DNA of 64,000 nucleotides from Bacteroidota bacterium (GTDB lineage Bacteria; Eisenbacteria; RBG-16-71-46; SZUA-252): NCBI GenBank assembly GCA_050257045.1, contig JBLMWD010000093.1, positions 21,242 to 85,241 of the forward strand, read 5' to 3'. Shown piece by piece: positions 51,619 to 62,166 of this stretch (position 1 is its first letter; each line of letters starts with the position of its first letter). The notes under the pieces were generated by a model. It saw only the letters and a program-made list of their open reading frames with translations, ran no database searches and was not told where the DNA came from. The position numbers and the translations under genes were made by a program.

Positions 51619-53423
51619 GACCGCGCGTCTCGCTCCTCCTCAAGATCGCGGTCCTCACGTCGCTCCCCGTCCTCGGGATCATGATGGCGGCGCTCCTCGT
51701 CGTGAACCATCGGCTCGCCGGCGAGGTGAACCGGAACGTGACCGCCGACCTCGGGCGTGCTGCCATGGCGTTCGAGAGCCAGATGGAGCGCGAGGCGGAG
51801 AATCTCGGGCGCGTCGGGGTGGTCGTCGCGCGCGATCCCAAGTTCTTCGCCCTCCTCACCCTCCCTCGGGGCGATCGGAAGGACGCCGACTTCCACGCGA
51901 CGCTCATCGGCGTGGCGCGCGACTTCCAGCGCGACGCCGATGCGCCGCTCTTCGACGTGACCGACGAGCATGGAGTCGTTCTCGCGCGGGCCGGGCGCCC
52001 CGACGCGGCCGGAGAAGACCGGTCCCGATGGCTGCTCGTCCGCGAGGCGCTCGCCGGGCGGGCCGCCCGCGGGTTCTTCGTCGAGGGGGACCGCGCCTAC
52101 CGCGTGGCGGTGGTTCCGATCGTGGTCGAAGGAGCGCTCGTGGGGACGCTCATGCTCGGCCGGACCATCGACGCCCCCCTGGCCGAGCGCCTCGAGGCGA
52201 CCACCCGGAGCGACGTGGTCTTCGTCGTGAACGGGAGGGCCGACATCCATCCCGCGATCCCGCCGTCGCTCGCCGCGCGCCTCGCGGCCCTTCCGCCCGG
52301 CTCCGACGTCGAGCGCGTGGTGGACGAGGGCCACCGGTTCCTCGCGCTGCGCGGCGTCCTCCAGGGCCCGACCTCCGGGGGGCAGATCGCCTTCGTGCTC
52401 GTCCGATCCCTCGACCAGGAGACCGCCGTGCTCGGCCGGATCGGGCGGGAGCTCACGATCGCGGGCGGGCTCCTCATCGTGGCCGCGCTCCTGATCGGCT
52501 TCCTCGTCTCGAGCGGCGTGACCCGGCCGGTGCGGCGGATCGTGGATGCCGCGAACGCGATGCGTGCCGGGGACTACGACCTTCCACTGGACGTGCGCTC
52601 GAACGACGAGATGGGGATGCTCGCGTCGCACTTCGAGGCGATGCGCGAGGCCCAGCGCCACGAGATCGAGCGCCTCGAGGAGATCGACCGGATGAAGTCG
52701 GACTTCATCGCGATCGCCTCGCACGAGATCCTGACGCCCGTGACTACGATAAGGGCGTACGCCGATCTCATGGGCGAGGCCTCGGGGGATGCGTCGGAGC
52801 TGCAGCGCGAGGGCTTCCGCGCGATCCGGGACGCGGCCGGCTCGCTCACCCGGATCGCGCGCGACCTGACCAACATGTCGCTAATCGACCGCCGGCGGCT
52901 TCCGCTCCGACTCGCGCCGGCCGACATCGCGATCATCGCGGAGGAGGTGGCCGTCCACACGATCGGGCTCGCGGCGGAGCGGCGCCAGACCGTCACGATC
53001 GCGATCGAGCCCGAGCTGCTCCACCCCGGCGTCGACGCGGGCTACCTGAAGCAGGCGGCCACCAACATCGCGCAGAACGCGGTGCGGTTCACGCGCGACG
53101 GCGGCTCGATCGAGATCGGCGCCCGGCGGAGGGGCGAGACGTTCGAGCTCTACGTGGCGGACTCGGGAATCGGGATCTCGAAGGAGGACTTCGGACGGAT
53201 CTTCGCGAAGATCGTCGAGTTGAAAGACGTGAACCTCCACTCCTCGGGCACCACCGAGTTCAACTCCTCCGGCCTCGGCCTGGGGCTCTCCATCGCCCGC
53301 GGCATCGTGGAGGCGCACGGCGGGGAGATCCGGGTGGAGAGCGAGCTGGGGCGCGGAAGCACGTTCACGATCGTGATCCCCGCCGCCCAGGCTCAGGCCG
53401 GTGAGCTACGGCTAGCGAGCTGA
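51615..53423 (+). CDS. Sensor histidine kinase (TM, periplasmic sensor, HAMP, DHp/HisKA and HATPase domains), with no adjacent response regulator
   Basis: Track ORF of 602 aa with an N-terminal TM segment, a periplasmic domain of about 250 aa, a second TM plus HAMP, an H-box IAIASHEILTPVTTIRAY, an N-box NIAQNAVRFT and G-boxes DSGIGI / GLGLGLSIARG. Confidence 0.85.
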   Translation: MRPRVSLLLKIAVLTSLPVLGIMMAALLVVNHRLAGEVNRNVTADLGRAAMAFESQMEREAENLGRVGVVVARDPKFFALLTLPRGDRKDADFHATLIGVARDFQRDADAPLFDVTDEHGVVLARAGRPDAAGEDRSRWLLVREALAGRAARGFFVEGDRAYRVAVVPIVVEGALVGTLMLGRTIDAPLAERLEATTRSDVVFVVNGRADIHPAIPPSLAARLAALPPGSDVERVVDEGHRFLALRGVLQGPTSGGQIAFVLVRSLDQETAVLGRIGRELTIAGGLLIVAALLIGFLVSSGVTRPVRRIVDAANAMRAGDYDLPLDVRSNDEMGMLASHFEAMREAQRHEIERLEEIDRMKSDFIAIASHEILTPVTTIRAYADLMGEASGDASELQREGFRAIRDAAGSLTRIARDLTNMSLIDRRRLPLRLAPADIAIIAEEVAVHTIGLAAERRQTVTIAIEPELLHPGVDAGYLKQAATNIAQNAVRFTRDGGSIEIGARRRGETFELYVADSGIGISKEDFGRIFAKIVELKDVNLHSSGTTEFNSSGLGLGLSIARGIVEAHGGEIRVESELGRGSTFTIVIPAAQAQAGELRLAS

Positions 53424-53523
53424 GGCGCGCCATCAAAGCGTCATCAATCGTAGTCAGAAGTCGTCAATCAATGACTACATAGTCTAAGGTCTGAAACGGC
53501 AGTGTTCTGCCGAGCGGTCGATG

Positions 53524-53543
53524 CTTGACCGTCAAGGATTGAC
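53524..53543. promoter_or_regulatory. Candidate enhancer/UAS: three alternating TTGAC/GTCAA half-sites (CTTGAC-C-GTCAAG-GA-TTGAC)
   Basis: A perfect 6+1+6 inverted repeat overlaps a second inverted repeat about 115 bp upstream of the sigma-54 -24 element. It sits in a lower-GC intergenic island. Confidence 0.35.
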
Positions 53544-53646
53544 GACTCCCCCGCCCCGAAGCGCCCGCTATTCCCTCGCACTTCGCAATGTCGTAAGTGG
53601 CTGCAATTAAATAGACTGCCGACAGCATCCCCTCGAAACATGCAAA

Positions 53647-53662
53647 TGGCACGACGGCTGCT
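53647..53662 (+). promoter_or_regulatory. Sigma-54 (RpoN) -24/-12 promoter TGGCACGacggCTGCT
   Basis: It matches TGGCACG-N4-TTGCW at 11 of 12 defined positions with exact GG/GC spacing. It lies 75 bp upstream of the first small peptide ORF on the same strand. Confidence 0.55.
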
Positions 53663-53736
53663 CTAGCACATCTGCGTCGAGGCGCTCGCAAACGGCGAGC
53701 AGACGAAAGCAGACCTAAATCAAGGTGGGGTGAACA

Positions 53737-53823
53737 ATGTCGGCTATCGCGATCGCAATCCTTCTGGCGCTCTTCTCGGCGACGGCTTTCGACAACACGG
53801 GTGGCGGCAAGGCTGGCTGGTAA
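53737..53823 (+). CDS. Small hydrophobic peptide 1 (28 aa: MSAIAIAILLALFSATAFDNTGGGKAGW)
   Basis: The ATG is preceded by SD AAGGTGGGG at a 6-nt spacing. GC3 is about 78%, consistent with host coding. It is a paralogue of the next ORF with an identical C-terminal 10 aa that differ only at synonymous sites. Confidence 0.6.
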   Translation: MSAIAIAILLALFSATAFDNTGGGKAGW

Positions 53824-53895
53824 GCGGGCAGATTCGCAGAGACGGTTCCCGAAGCGGAACGAAGCGACCCCAACAGTGAGAGGAGGTGAATTCAA

Positions 53896-53982
53896 GTGGC
53901 AGCGACTGCGATTCTGATCCTGCTGGCGCTCTTCGGAGCAACCGCTCTCGACAATACGGGCGGCGGGAAGGCGGGCTGGTAA
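53896..53982 (+). CDS. Small hydrophobic peptide 2 (28 aa: (M)AATAILILLALFGATALDNTGGGKAGW)
   Basis: The GTG is preceded by SD GAGGAGG at a 9-nt spacing. GC3 is about 74%. The shared C-terminal motif DNTGGGKAGW with peptide 1 carries four third-position differences, all synonymous, which argues for purifying selection. Confidence 0.6.
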   Translation: MAATAILILLALFGATALDNTGGGKAGW

Positions 53983-54240
53983 CCGGCGGTAGCGACGCAG
54001 CAACCCCCGTGATGGGGCAGCACCGAGCCGGTGCGGTGCCGCCCGCAGGGCAGGGCGAACCCCTGTGGGTGTGAACGGCGATACGATGGGCCATCGGATG
54101 TAGCCCCCCTGGTGGCCCGTCGTCTTGTTGTCGGTGGCGGAATGGATTCCAGGGGGGCGGCTGGCCAGCGGCGGGGGCGTATGATACCGTGGCCGGTCGT
54201 CTCCCAGCCACCGATCCCGCATCCGGAAGGGGCGCCCGCA

Positions 54241-56838
<2,598 letters not shown>

Positions 56839-56847
56839 CCGCCCGCT

Positions 56848-57162
56848 TCAACGCGCCGGCGCGACCGCCGGCCCTTTCCCCACCGATTCCAGCACGATCC
56901 ACGTCGACAGGATCACGAACGTCGCCCTGAGGTCGGCGCCCGGAGCCGCGACGAAGACCACCCAGGCCTGCGCGGCGACGAGCGCGAGGAAGGCCGCCGC
57001 TCGCGCCGCGGCGCCCGGTCCGTGCCGCAGGGCCGCCGCGTAGAGCGCCGCGCCGAGCAGCAGGCCGTGGAACGGAGCGACCCCCCAGCCGCGCGGCGCG
57101 AGGAACGCGAGCGCGAGACCGATCCCCATCGAGAGCGGGAGCATCCAGAGGCGCGCGGCCAT
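56848..57162 (-). CDS. Small hypothetical membrane protein (104 aa, about 3 TM)
   Basis: Track ORF with high GC3. Its ATG lies 3 nt after the upstream lipoprotein stop, which indicates an operon. Confidence 0.5.
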   Translation of the reverse strand: MAARLWMLPLSMGIGLALAFLAPRGWGVAPFHGLLLGAALYAAALRHGPGAAARAAAFLALVAAQAWVVFVAAPGADLRATFVILSTWIVLESVGKGPAVAPAR

Positions 57163-57165
57163 GGC

Positions 57166-57891
57166 TCACTTGCCCCGGATGAAGTCGAGCGCGCACGAAG
57201 CCGCGCCGAGCGCGGCCCCGACCCCGCAACCGATGGCGGCGGCGTGCGGCGATCCGGGCGCGATCTCCGAGGCGATGCTCGAGCCGGCCGCGCACCCGGC
57301 TGGCATCCGATTCGCGAGACAGTCGAACAGCCGCGTCCACGACTTCCGGATCGGGGACCGCAGCGTCCCGCCGGCAGCCTGGACGTAGGCGTCGGCGGAG
57401 CGCACCCAGACGACCTGGTCTCCCCAGACGACGGAGTGGAATCCGATCTCGCTCGGGCCGGGCTCGCGGCCGACGATCATCTCCGCGAACTCGGCCGCCT
57501 CGCTGCCCAGCCCCCGCGCCACCGAGACGAACGCCGCATGGGTCGGATCGGCGGTGGCGTAGGGGAGGATCGTCAGGCCGACCGTCCCGCCGACGTCCGG
57601 GACCTCCCCGACCGCGTGGACCGCGAGGTCGAAGCGGGGCCGGAGCCCTCCGATCGGCGCCTGCGCGAGCGCCCGCTGGACGAGCGGGTTCTTCCCGGCC
57701 GACTGCACCGCGCCCGCGAGCGCCTCCGTCTCCCAGACCCAATGCGCGCTGGTGACCTGTGGTGAATCGGGGAGGGGATTCGGAGCGACCACCCGCCGCT
57801 CGCTGTCTCGCGAGCACGCGCTCGCGAGGACGAGTATCGGAAGGACGGCGGCGAATCCAACGAGGAACCCTGGACGGACGACCCTCTTCAT
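57166..57891 (-). CDS. Hypothetical lipoprotein with a Cys-rich C-terminus
   Basis: Track ORF of 241 aa with a signal peptide and lipobox LASAC. It has no recognised domain. Confidence 0.6.
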   Translation of the reverse strand: MKRVVRPGFLVGFAAVLPILVLASACSRDSERRVVAPNPLPDSPQVTSAHWVWETEALAGAVQSAGKNPLVQRALAQAPIGGLRPRFDLAVHAVGEVPDVGGTVGLTILPYATADPTHAAFVSVARGLGSEAAEFAEMIVGREPGPSEIGFHSVVWGDQVVWVRSADAYVQAAGGTLRSPIRKSWTRLFDCLANRMPAGCAAGSSIASEIAPGSPHAAAIGCGVGAALGAASCALDFIRGK

Positions 57892-58101
57892 GACGGCACC
57901 CCCTTCATGGCGCGCGGCCCGGGCCGCGCGAAGTGGCGCCGAGGATGCGGGAGACGCTGACGCAGAAGCAGGGGGCGTTCCAGTCGTGGCCGTCGACGGG
58001 GGCGGATCGGGGATTGCGGGAATGGAGGTTGTGACCGTTGCGTCGCTCGAACGGAGCGCGGAGCGCCGCCGCGATGCGTCGGAGCGCCGACGCCGCCGAA
58101 A

Positions 58102-60948
58102 CTACGGGAGGATCGACACCCGCTTCCCGAGCGACACCTCGACGCCCGTGTCGGTGGCGTGCGTCCCTTCGGGAACCTTGTGCCAGACGCGCTCGAATCG
58201 TCCCTGCACGGAGAGCGCGGCGTCGCCGAGCCCCGGCAGGCGCAGGAGGGAGATCTGGAGCCGCCCGGTGAGCCGGTCCTCGCTCCGCCCCTGCAGCTCG
58301 TAGTCTCGGGAGATATAGGTGACGAACGGCTGGACGAGGAGGCGGCTCGGCGACGCTTCCCACCGGACCTCGAGCGCGCCCTGGATGGTCATGTCGCGCT
58401 TGCTCACGTCGCGGTTCTCGTCCCGCTCGATGCCGCCCGAGATGGTGCTCGTCACGCCGCCGGGATGGCGGCGCACGGAAACCACGGAGCCCGCGAGCAC
58501 GCGGCGCCGCATGCTCAGCCCCTTGTCATCGTCGAAGGTCCCGAAGTCGAAGCGAGCGGTCGTGCGGCCGCCCATCGCCTCCGACGCGGTGAACTCGGTG
58601 GCGAGGCGGGTCTGGGAGAAATCGGTCTGCGTCCCCTTCTGGCGGATCCGGATGATCGAGGGCGTCACCCAGCTGTCCCGGTTGAGCGCGAGCGTCGCCC
58701 CCGCCGTCATCTTCTCCGCGGTCACCGACGGCGCGCCGGAAGAGGCGTCTTCGGGGCTCTCGCGGCGATAGCCCGCGAAGGCGCGCGACGGGCCCACGCT
58801 ACGGGCGAGATCGGCCGAGAACCCCTTCCGGTCGGAGATCGCGTACGGGTTGAGCGCGGTGGCGAGGGAAGGCTGGTAGCGGAAAGCCTCGGCGCGCGCG
58901 GTGAAGCGCGCGGCCGTGCCGGTGAGCTCGCCGCGCACGCCGGTGCGCGTCCGCCCCGGCTCGACTCCCTCGATCGTGCGGTGGCGCACGGTGACGGCGT
59001 CGCCGAGGAGCGTCCAGTCGTGCGCCACCATCCAGGACGCCGACCCGCCGTAGATCACGCGCGTGCGGGTCGCCGTCTCCAGGCCGCCCGGCGTCGGGTC
59101 CTCGTGGGTGTATCCGCCGTAGAGCGAGGCGCGGAGGCGGTCGGGGACGAACACGCGGGTGAGGCGTGCCGCGTAGAGATCGGAGCGGATCTCGCGCAAG
59201 GGGCCGCCCGCCGAGCGCGGATGCGACTCGACCGCGGCGAAGCCCTCGAAGGTGCCGAGACGGGAATCGCTCAGAAGCGCCTGCGCTCCCCGCCGGGGAA
59301 TGGCGCTTGCGAAGAGCGGCGCGCCGTTCGCGAGCGCCGGGGCGAGGTCGCCCCACTCGAGCGCCGCGCGCTGCGACTGGTACCGGACGAGAACCTGATC
59401 GGGGGAGGCGCTTCCGTTCTTCACGTCGTCGAAGCGTACCCGACTCGTGACGCGCGCCTCGAGGCTCTGGGTTGGCGAGAGCGCGTAGCGGCCGTGGAGC
59501 GCGGCCCAGCCGGTCACGGCGCTCTCCTCCGCGCCGAATGACGAGCGTCCGTCGGCGAGGAACGTGCTCTGGAGATCGAAGCGCGCGCTGTCGGGACTCG
59601 CGGGCGGCGCCGCGGGCCCGCGCGGCGTCAACCCGTTCGCGGGCGGAAGGGAGAGGAACGTGATCGGCTGGGAAGCTACGTTCTGCGGCGACTCCACGAC
59701 GAACTGGAGCCGGTGCTCGCCGAAGCGCCGGGTCGGGATGGGGCCGCGCGTCTCGACCGTGACCGGCCGGCCCGACTCCATGAACCCCTCCTCGACCGCC
59801 ACGACGTCGCCATCCATGTAGAAGACCGACCGGAAATAGCCCGTGCCGTCGCCGATCACGACGGCGCGCGGCCGGAGCGTGTCGCCCGCCCCGAATGCCG
59901 CGCCCGGAAGCGGCCACTCGAGCACGGCGGAGCGGATTACGGCGTTCCCGGCGAGGGATGGGGTGAGCGCGGCGAGCCCGACGCCTCCCGCAAAGGCCTC
60001 GACCTGGTGCGGCGTCCGGGTCTCGTCGATCCCCGAGTAGGTGATGCGGAGCCCGATCCTCCCGTCGGGCGAGCTTCGCGCGAGATCGGGCGGCACCGTC
60101 ACGAGCACGCTCAGGGTCGCCTGCCCGAGGCGCGGGATCACGTAGTCGACCGGCACGGTCTGGTCCACCGCCGGCGCCCCGGCCGTCGTCGTGTCGGGCC
60201 ACATCTGGATGTGCGCCGACGTGATCGTGACCGCGTCGCTCGCGGTTTCCTGGAAGGAGGTTGCGACGGGCGTCGGCTCGCCGGGGACCAGCGTGATGGA
60301 GGCGGGCGCGGAAACCCGCTGCAGCTTCGCGACCGCGATCGTGCGGAAATAGACGATGGGCAGATCCACGGACGCGAGCGTGTCCGGAAGCGGACTGAAG
60401 ACGAGATTCACGCGCATTCCGTGGAGATGCCCGAGCGCCATCGGCTGCACCGGCTTGAGGAAGACGGTGTCGCCGAGCGCCGACCAGGTCGGGGCGTTCA
60501 GCTGGAGGAGCGTCCCTCCGGCCGAGTCGAGGTCCGCGACCGAGAAGATTCCGCGCTTCGAGGTGGGCTCATCGAACACGAAGTAGAGCGTAGCGTCCGG
60601 GAGGATGTGGTCGGAGCCGTCCCGCGGATAGCTGTCGATCATGCGGGGCGCGGTGGCGGTCGAGGCCGACGGCACGGTCTGCGGCGCGCCGGGCCGGGCC
60701 GGCGGCCGGACGCGGGGCTCGGGGAAGGACAATGGGGTTCCCACGGCGGGCCGAAGTCGAGTCGCCCGATCGTCGCGCGAGCCGCCCGGCGCGCGAACCG
60801 CGCTCCTTGGAGCCGGAGGAGCCGCGCCCGCGTCCGCAGGAGCGAGCATCGCGCACATCCAGGCGAGCGCTACCGCCCATGCGACCGGCCGGAGCCGCGC
60901 GAAGACGCGGCGTACCCGCCGGCGCGATGTCGCGGGCTTGCTCGTCAC
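58102..60948 (-). CDS. Large hypothetical secreted/outer-membrane-associated protein (about 950 aa)
   Basis: The track ORF is trimmed to GTG 60948, which is preceded by a GAGGAGG SD. It has a basic n-region followed by a hydrophobic signal peptide (RRRVRRVFARLRPVAWAVALAWMCAMLAPADA). An Ig-like N-terminal region (SYPRDGSDHILPDATLYFVFDEP) is followed by a long region with alternating-hydrophobic beta-strand character. No family is recognised. Confidence 0.55.
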   Translation of the reverse strand: MTSKPATSRRRVRRVFARLRPVAWAVALAWMCAMLAPADAGAAPPAPRSAVRAPGGSRDDRATRLRPAVGTPLSFPEPRVRPPARPGAPQTVPSASTATAPRMIDSYPRDGSDHILPDATLYFVFDEPTSKRGIFSVADLDSAGGTLLQLNAPTWSALGDTVFLKPVQPMALGHLHGMRVNLVFSPLPDTLASVDLPIVYFRTIAVAKLQRVSAPASITLVPGEPTPVATSFQETASDAVTITSAHIQMWPDTTTAGAPAVDQTVPVDYVIPRLGQATLSVLVTVPPDLARSSPDGRIGLRITYSGIDETRTPHQVEAFAGGVGLAALTPSLAGNAVIRSAVLEWPLPGAAFGAGDTLRPRAVVIGDGTGYFRSVFYMDGDVVAVEEGFMESGRPVTVETRGPIPTRRFGEHRLQFVVESPQNVASQPITFLSLPPANGLTPRGPAAPPASPDSARFDLQSTFLADGRSSFGAEESAVTGWAALHGRYALSPTQSLEARVTSRVRFDDVKNGSASPDQVLVRYQSQRAALEWGDLAPALANGAPLFASAIPRRGAQALLSDSRLGTFEGFAAVESHPRSAGGPLREIRSDLYAARLTRVFVPDRLRASLYGGYTHEDPTPGGLETATRTRVIYGGSASWMVAHDWTLLGDAVTVRHRTIEGVEPGRTRTGVRGELTGTAARFTARAEAFRYQPSLATALNPYAISDRKGFSADLARSVGPSRAFAGYRRESPEDASSGAPSVTAEKMTAGATLALNRDSWVTPSIIRIRQKGTQTDFSQTRLATEFTASEAMGGRTTARFDFGTFDDDKGLSMRRRVLAGSVVSVRRHPGGVTSTISGGIERDENRDVSKRDMTIQGALEVRWEASPSRLLVQPFVTYISRDYELQGRSEDRLTGRLQISLLRLPGLGDAALSVQGRFERVWHKVPEGTHATDTGVEVSLGKRVSILP

Positions 60949-61124
60949 GTAGGAGGCCTCCTCGAAGACCGGGAATGGAGTTGCGGGCGCGCGCGCGCGA
61001 ACCGTATCATGGAAGGTCCATGGTGGCAAGAAAGCGAACAGTAGCAACGACTTCGACGCGCCGGCGGACGCCGCGTCCGTCCGCAGGCCGCCCCGTCCAA
61101 TCCGCTCCCGGTCCGGCGCGCAGG

Positions 61125-62156
61125 ATGGGCGTCGCCGTCCTCGGCGCGACCGGCACGGTCGGCCAGCGCTTTATCCAGCTCCTCGAGCGCCATCCCTGGT
61201 TCGAAGTCGTCGAGGTGATGGCCTCCGACCAGAGCGCGGGAAAGCGCTTCGAGGAAGCGGTCGGAAGCCGATGGAAGCTCTCCACGCCGATCCCGGCCGC
61301 GGTCCGCGGGCTCCGCGTGAAGGGCCCCAAGGAGCGGCTCGCCTCGCGCCTCCTCTTCTCCGCGCTCGACGCCTCGGTCGCGGGGGAGCTGGAAGAGCAC
61401 TACGCCCGCGCGGGCCACCTCGTCTCCTCGAACGCGCGGAACCATCGCATGGACCCGCTCGTGCCGCTCGTGATCCCCGAGATCAACCGCGACCACCTCG
61501 GCCTCCTGGAGCGCCAGCCGTACGGAACGGGCGGGATCGTCACGAACCCCAACTGCAGCACCATCGTGCTGGCGATGGCCCTGGCGCCGCTCCACCAGCG
61601 CTTCGGCGTCGACTCGGTGATCGTGACGACGTTCCAGGCGACGAGCGGCGCCGGCTATCCCGGCGTTCCCTCGCTCGACATCCTCGGCAACGTGGTCCCG
61701 TTCGTGGCCGGCGAAGAGGCGAAGATGGAGAGCGAGACCCAGAAGATCCTGGGCCGCCTGAACGGCCGGGGCGTCGAGCCGGCCGCCTTCCCGGTGAGCG
61801 CGCAGTGCCATCGCGTCCCGGTGGTCGACGGCCACCTCGAGGCGGTGAGCCTGACGCTCCGTCGCAAGGCCTCGCGGAAGCAGATCGCCGAGGCGCTCGC
61901 CACCTACCGGCCGCTCGCGCGGCTCGATCTTCCGAGCGCCCCGGCCGATCCGATCGTGGTGCGCACCGAGGACGACCGCCCGCAGCCGCGGCTCGACGCC
62001 GACCGCGAGAACGGGATGGGAATCACCGTGGGAAGGCTCCGCCCCTGCCCGGTGCTCCAGTGGAAGTTCGAGGCGCTCGGGCACAATACGATCCGGGGCG
62101 CGGCCGGCGCCGCCATCCTGAACGCCGAGATCCTCGTCCGTGACGGCCGGCTCTGA
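61125..62156 (+). CDS. asd: Aspartate-semialdehyde dehydrogenase
   Basis: MGVAVLGATGTVGQRF... (NAD(P)-binding), and a catalytic Cys in NPNCSTIVLAMAL. The start is taken at ATG 61125. An alternative ATG at 61020 would add a 35-aa R/T/P-rich extension. Confidence 0.85.
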   Translation: MGVAVLGATGTVGQRFIQLLERHPWFEVVEVMASDQSAGKRFEEAVGSRWKLSTPIPAAVRGLRVKGPKERLASRLLFSALDASVAGELEEHYARAGHLVSSNARNHRMDPLVPLVIPEINRDHLGLLERQPYGTGGIVTNPNCSTIVLAMALAPLHQRFGVDSVIVTTFQATSGAGYPGVPSLDILGNVVPFVAGEEAKMESETQKILGRLNGRGVEPAAFPVSAQCHRVPVVDGHLEAVSLTLRRKASRKQIAEALATYRPLARLDLPSAPADPIVVRTEDDRPQPRLDADRENGMGITVGRLRPCPVLQWKFEALGHNTIRGAAGAAILNAEILVRDGRL

Positions 62157-62166
62157 GGCGCGGATC

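Noticed and set aside
54013-54075. Possible third mini-ORF MGQHRAGAVPPAGQGEPLWV after the peptide pair
   Set aside because: It has no Shine-Dalgarno sequence and is not hydrophobic. It is unrelated to the conserved DNTGGGKAGW peptides and is probably chance.
53464-54222. 252-aa minus-strand ORF spanning the lower-GC island
   Set aside because: It is antisense to both SD-equipped tiny peptide genes, crosses the AT-rich promoter region, and has poor codon usage and no motifs.
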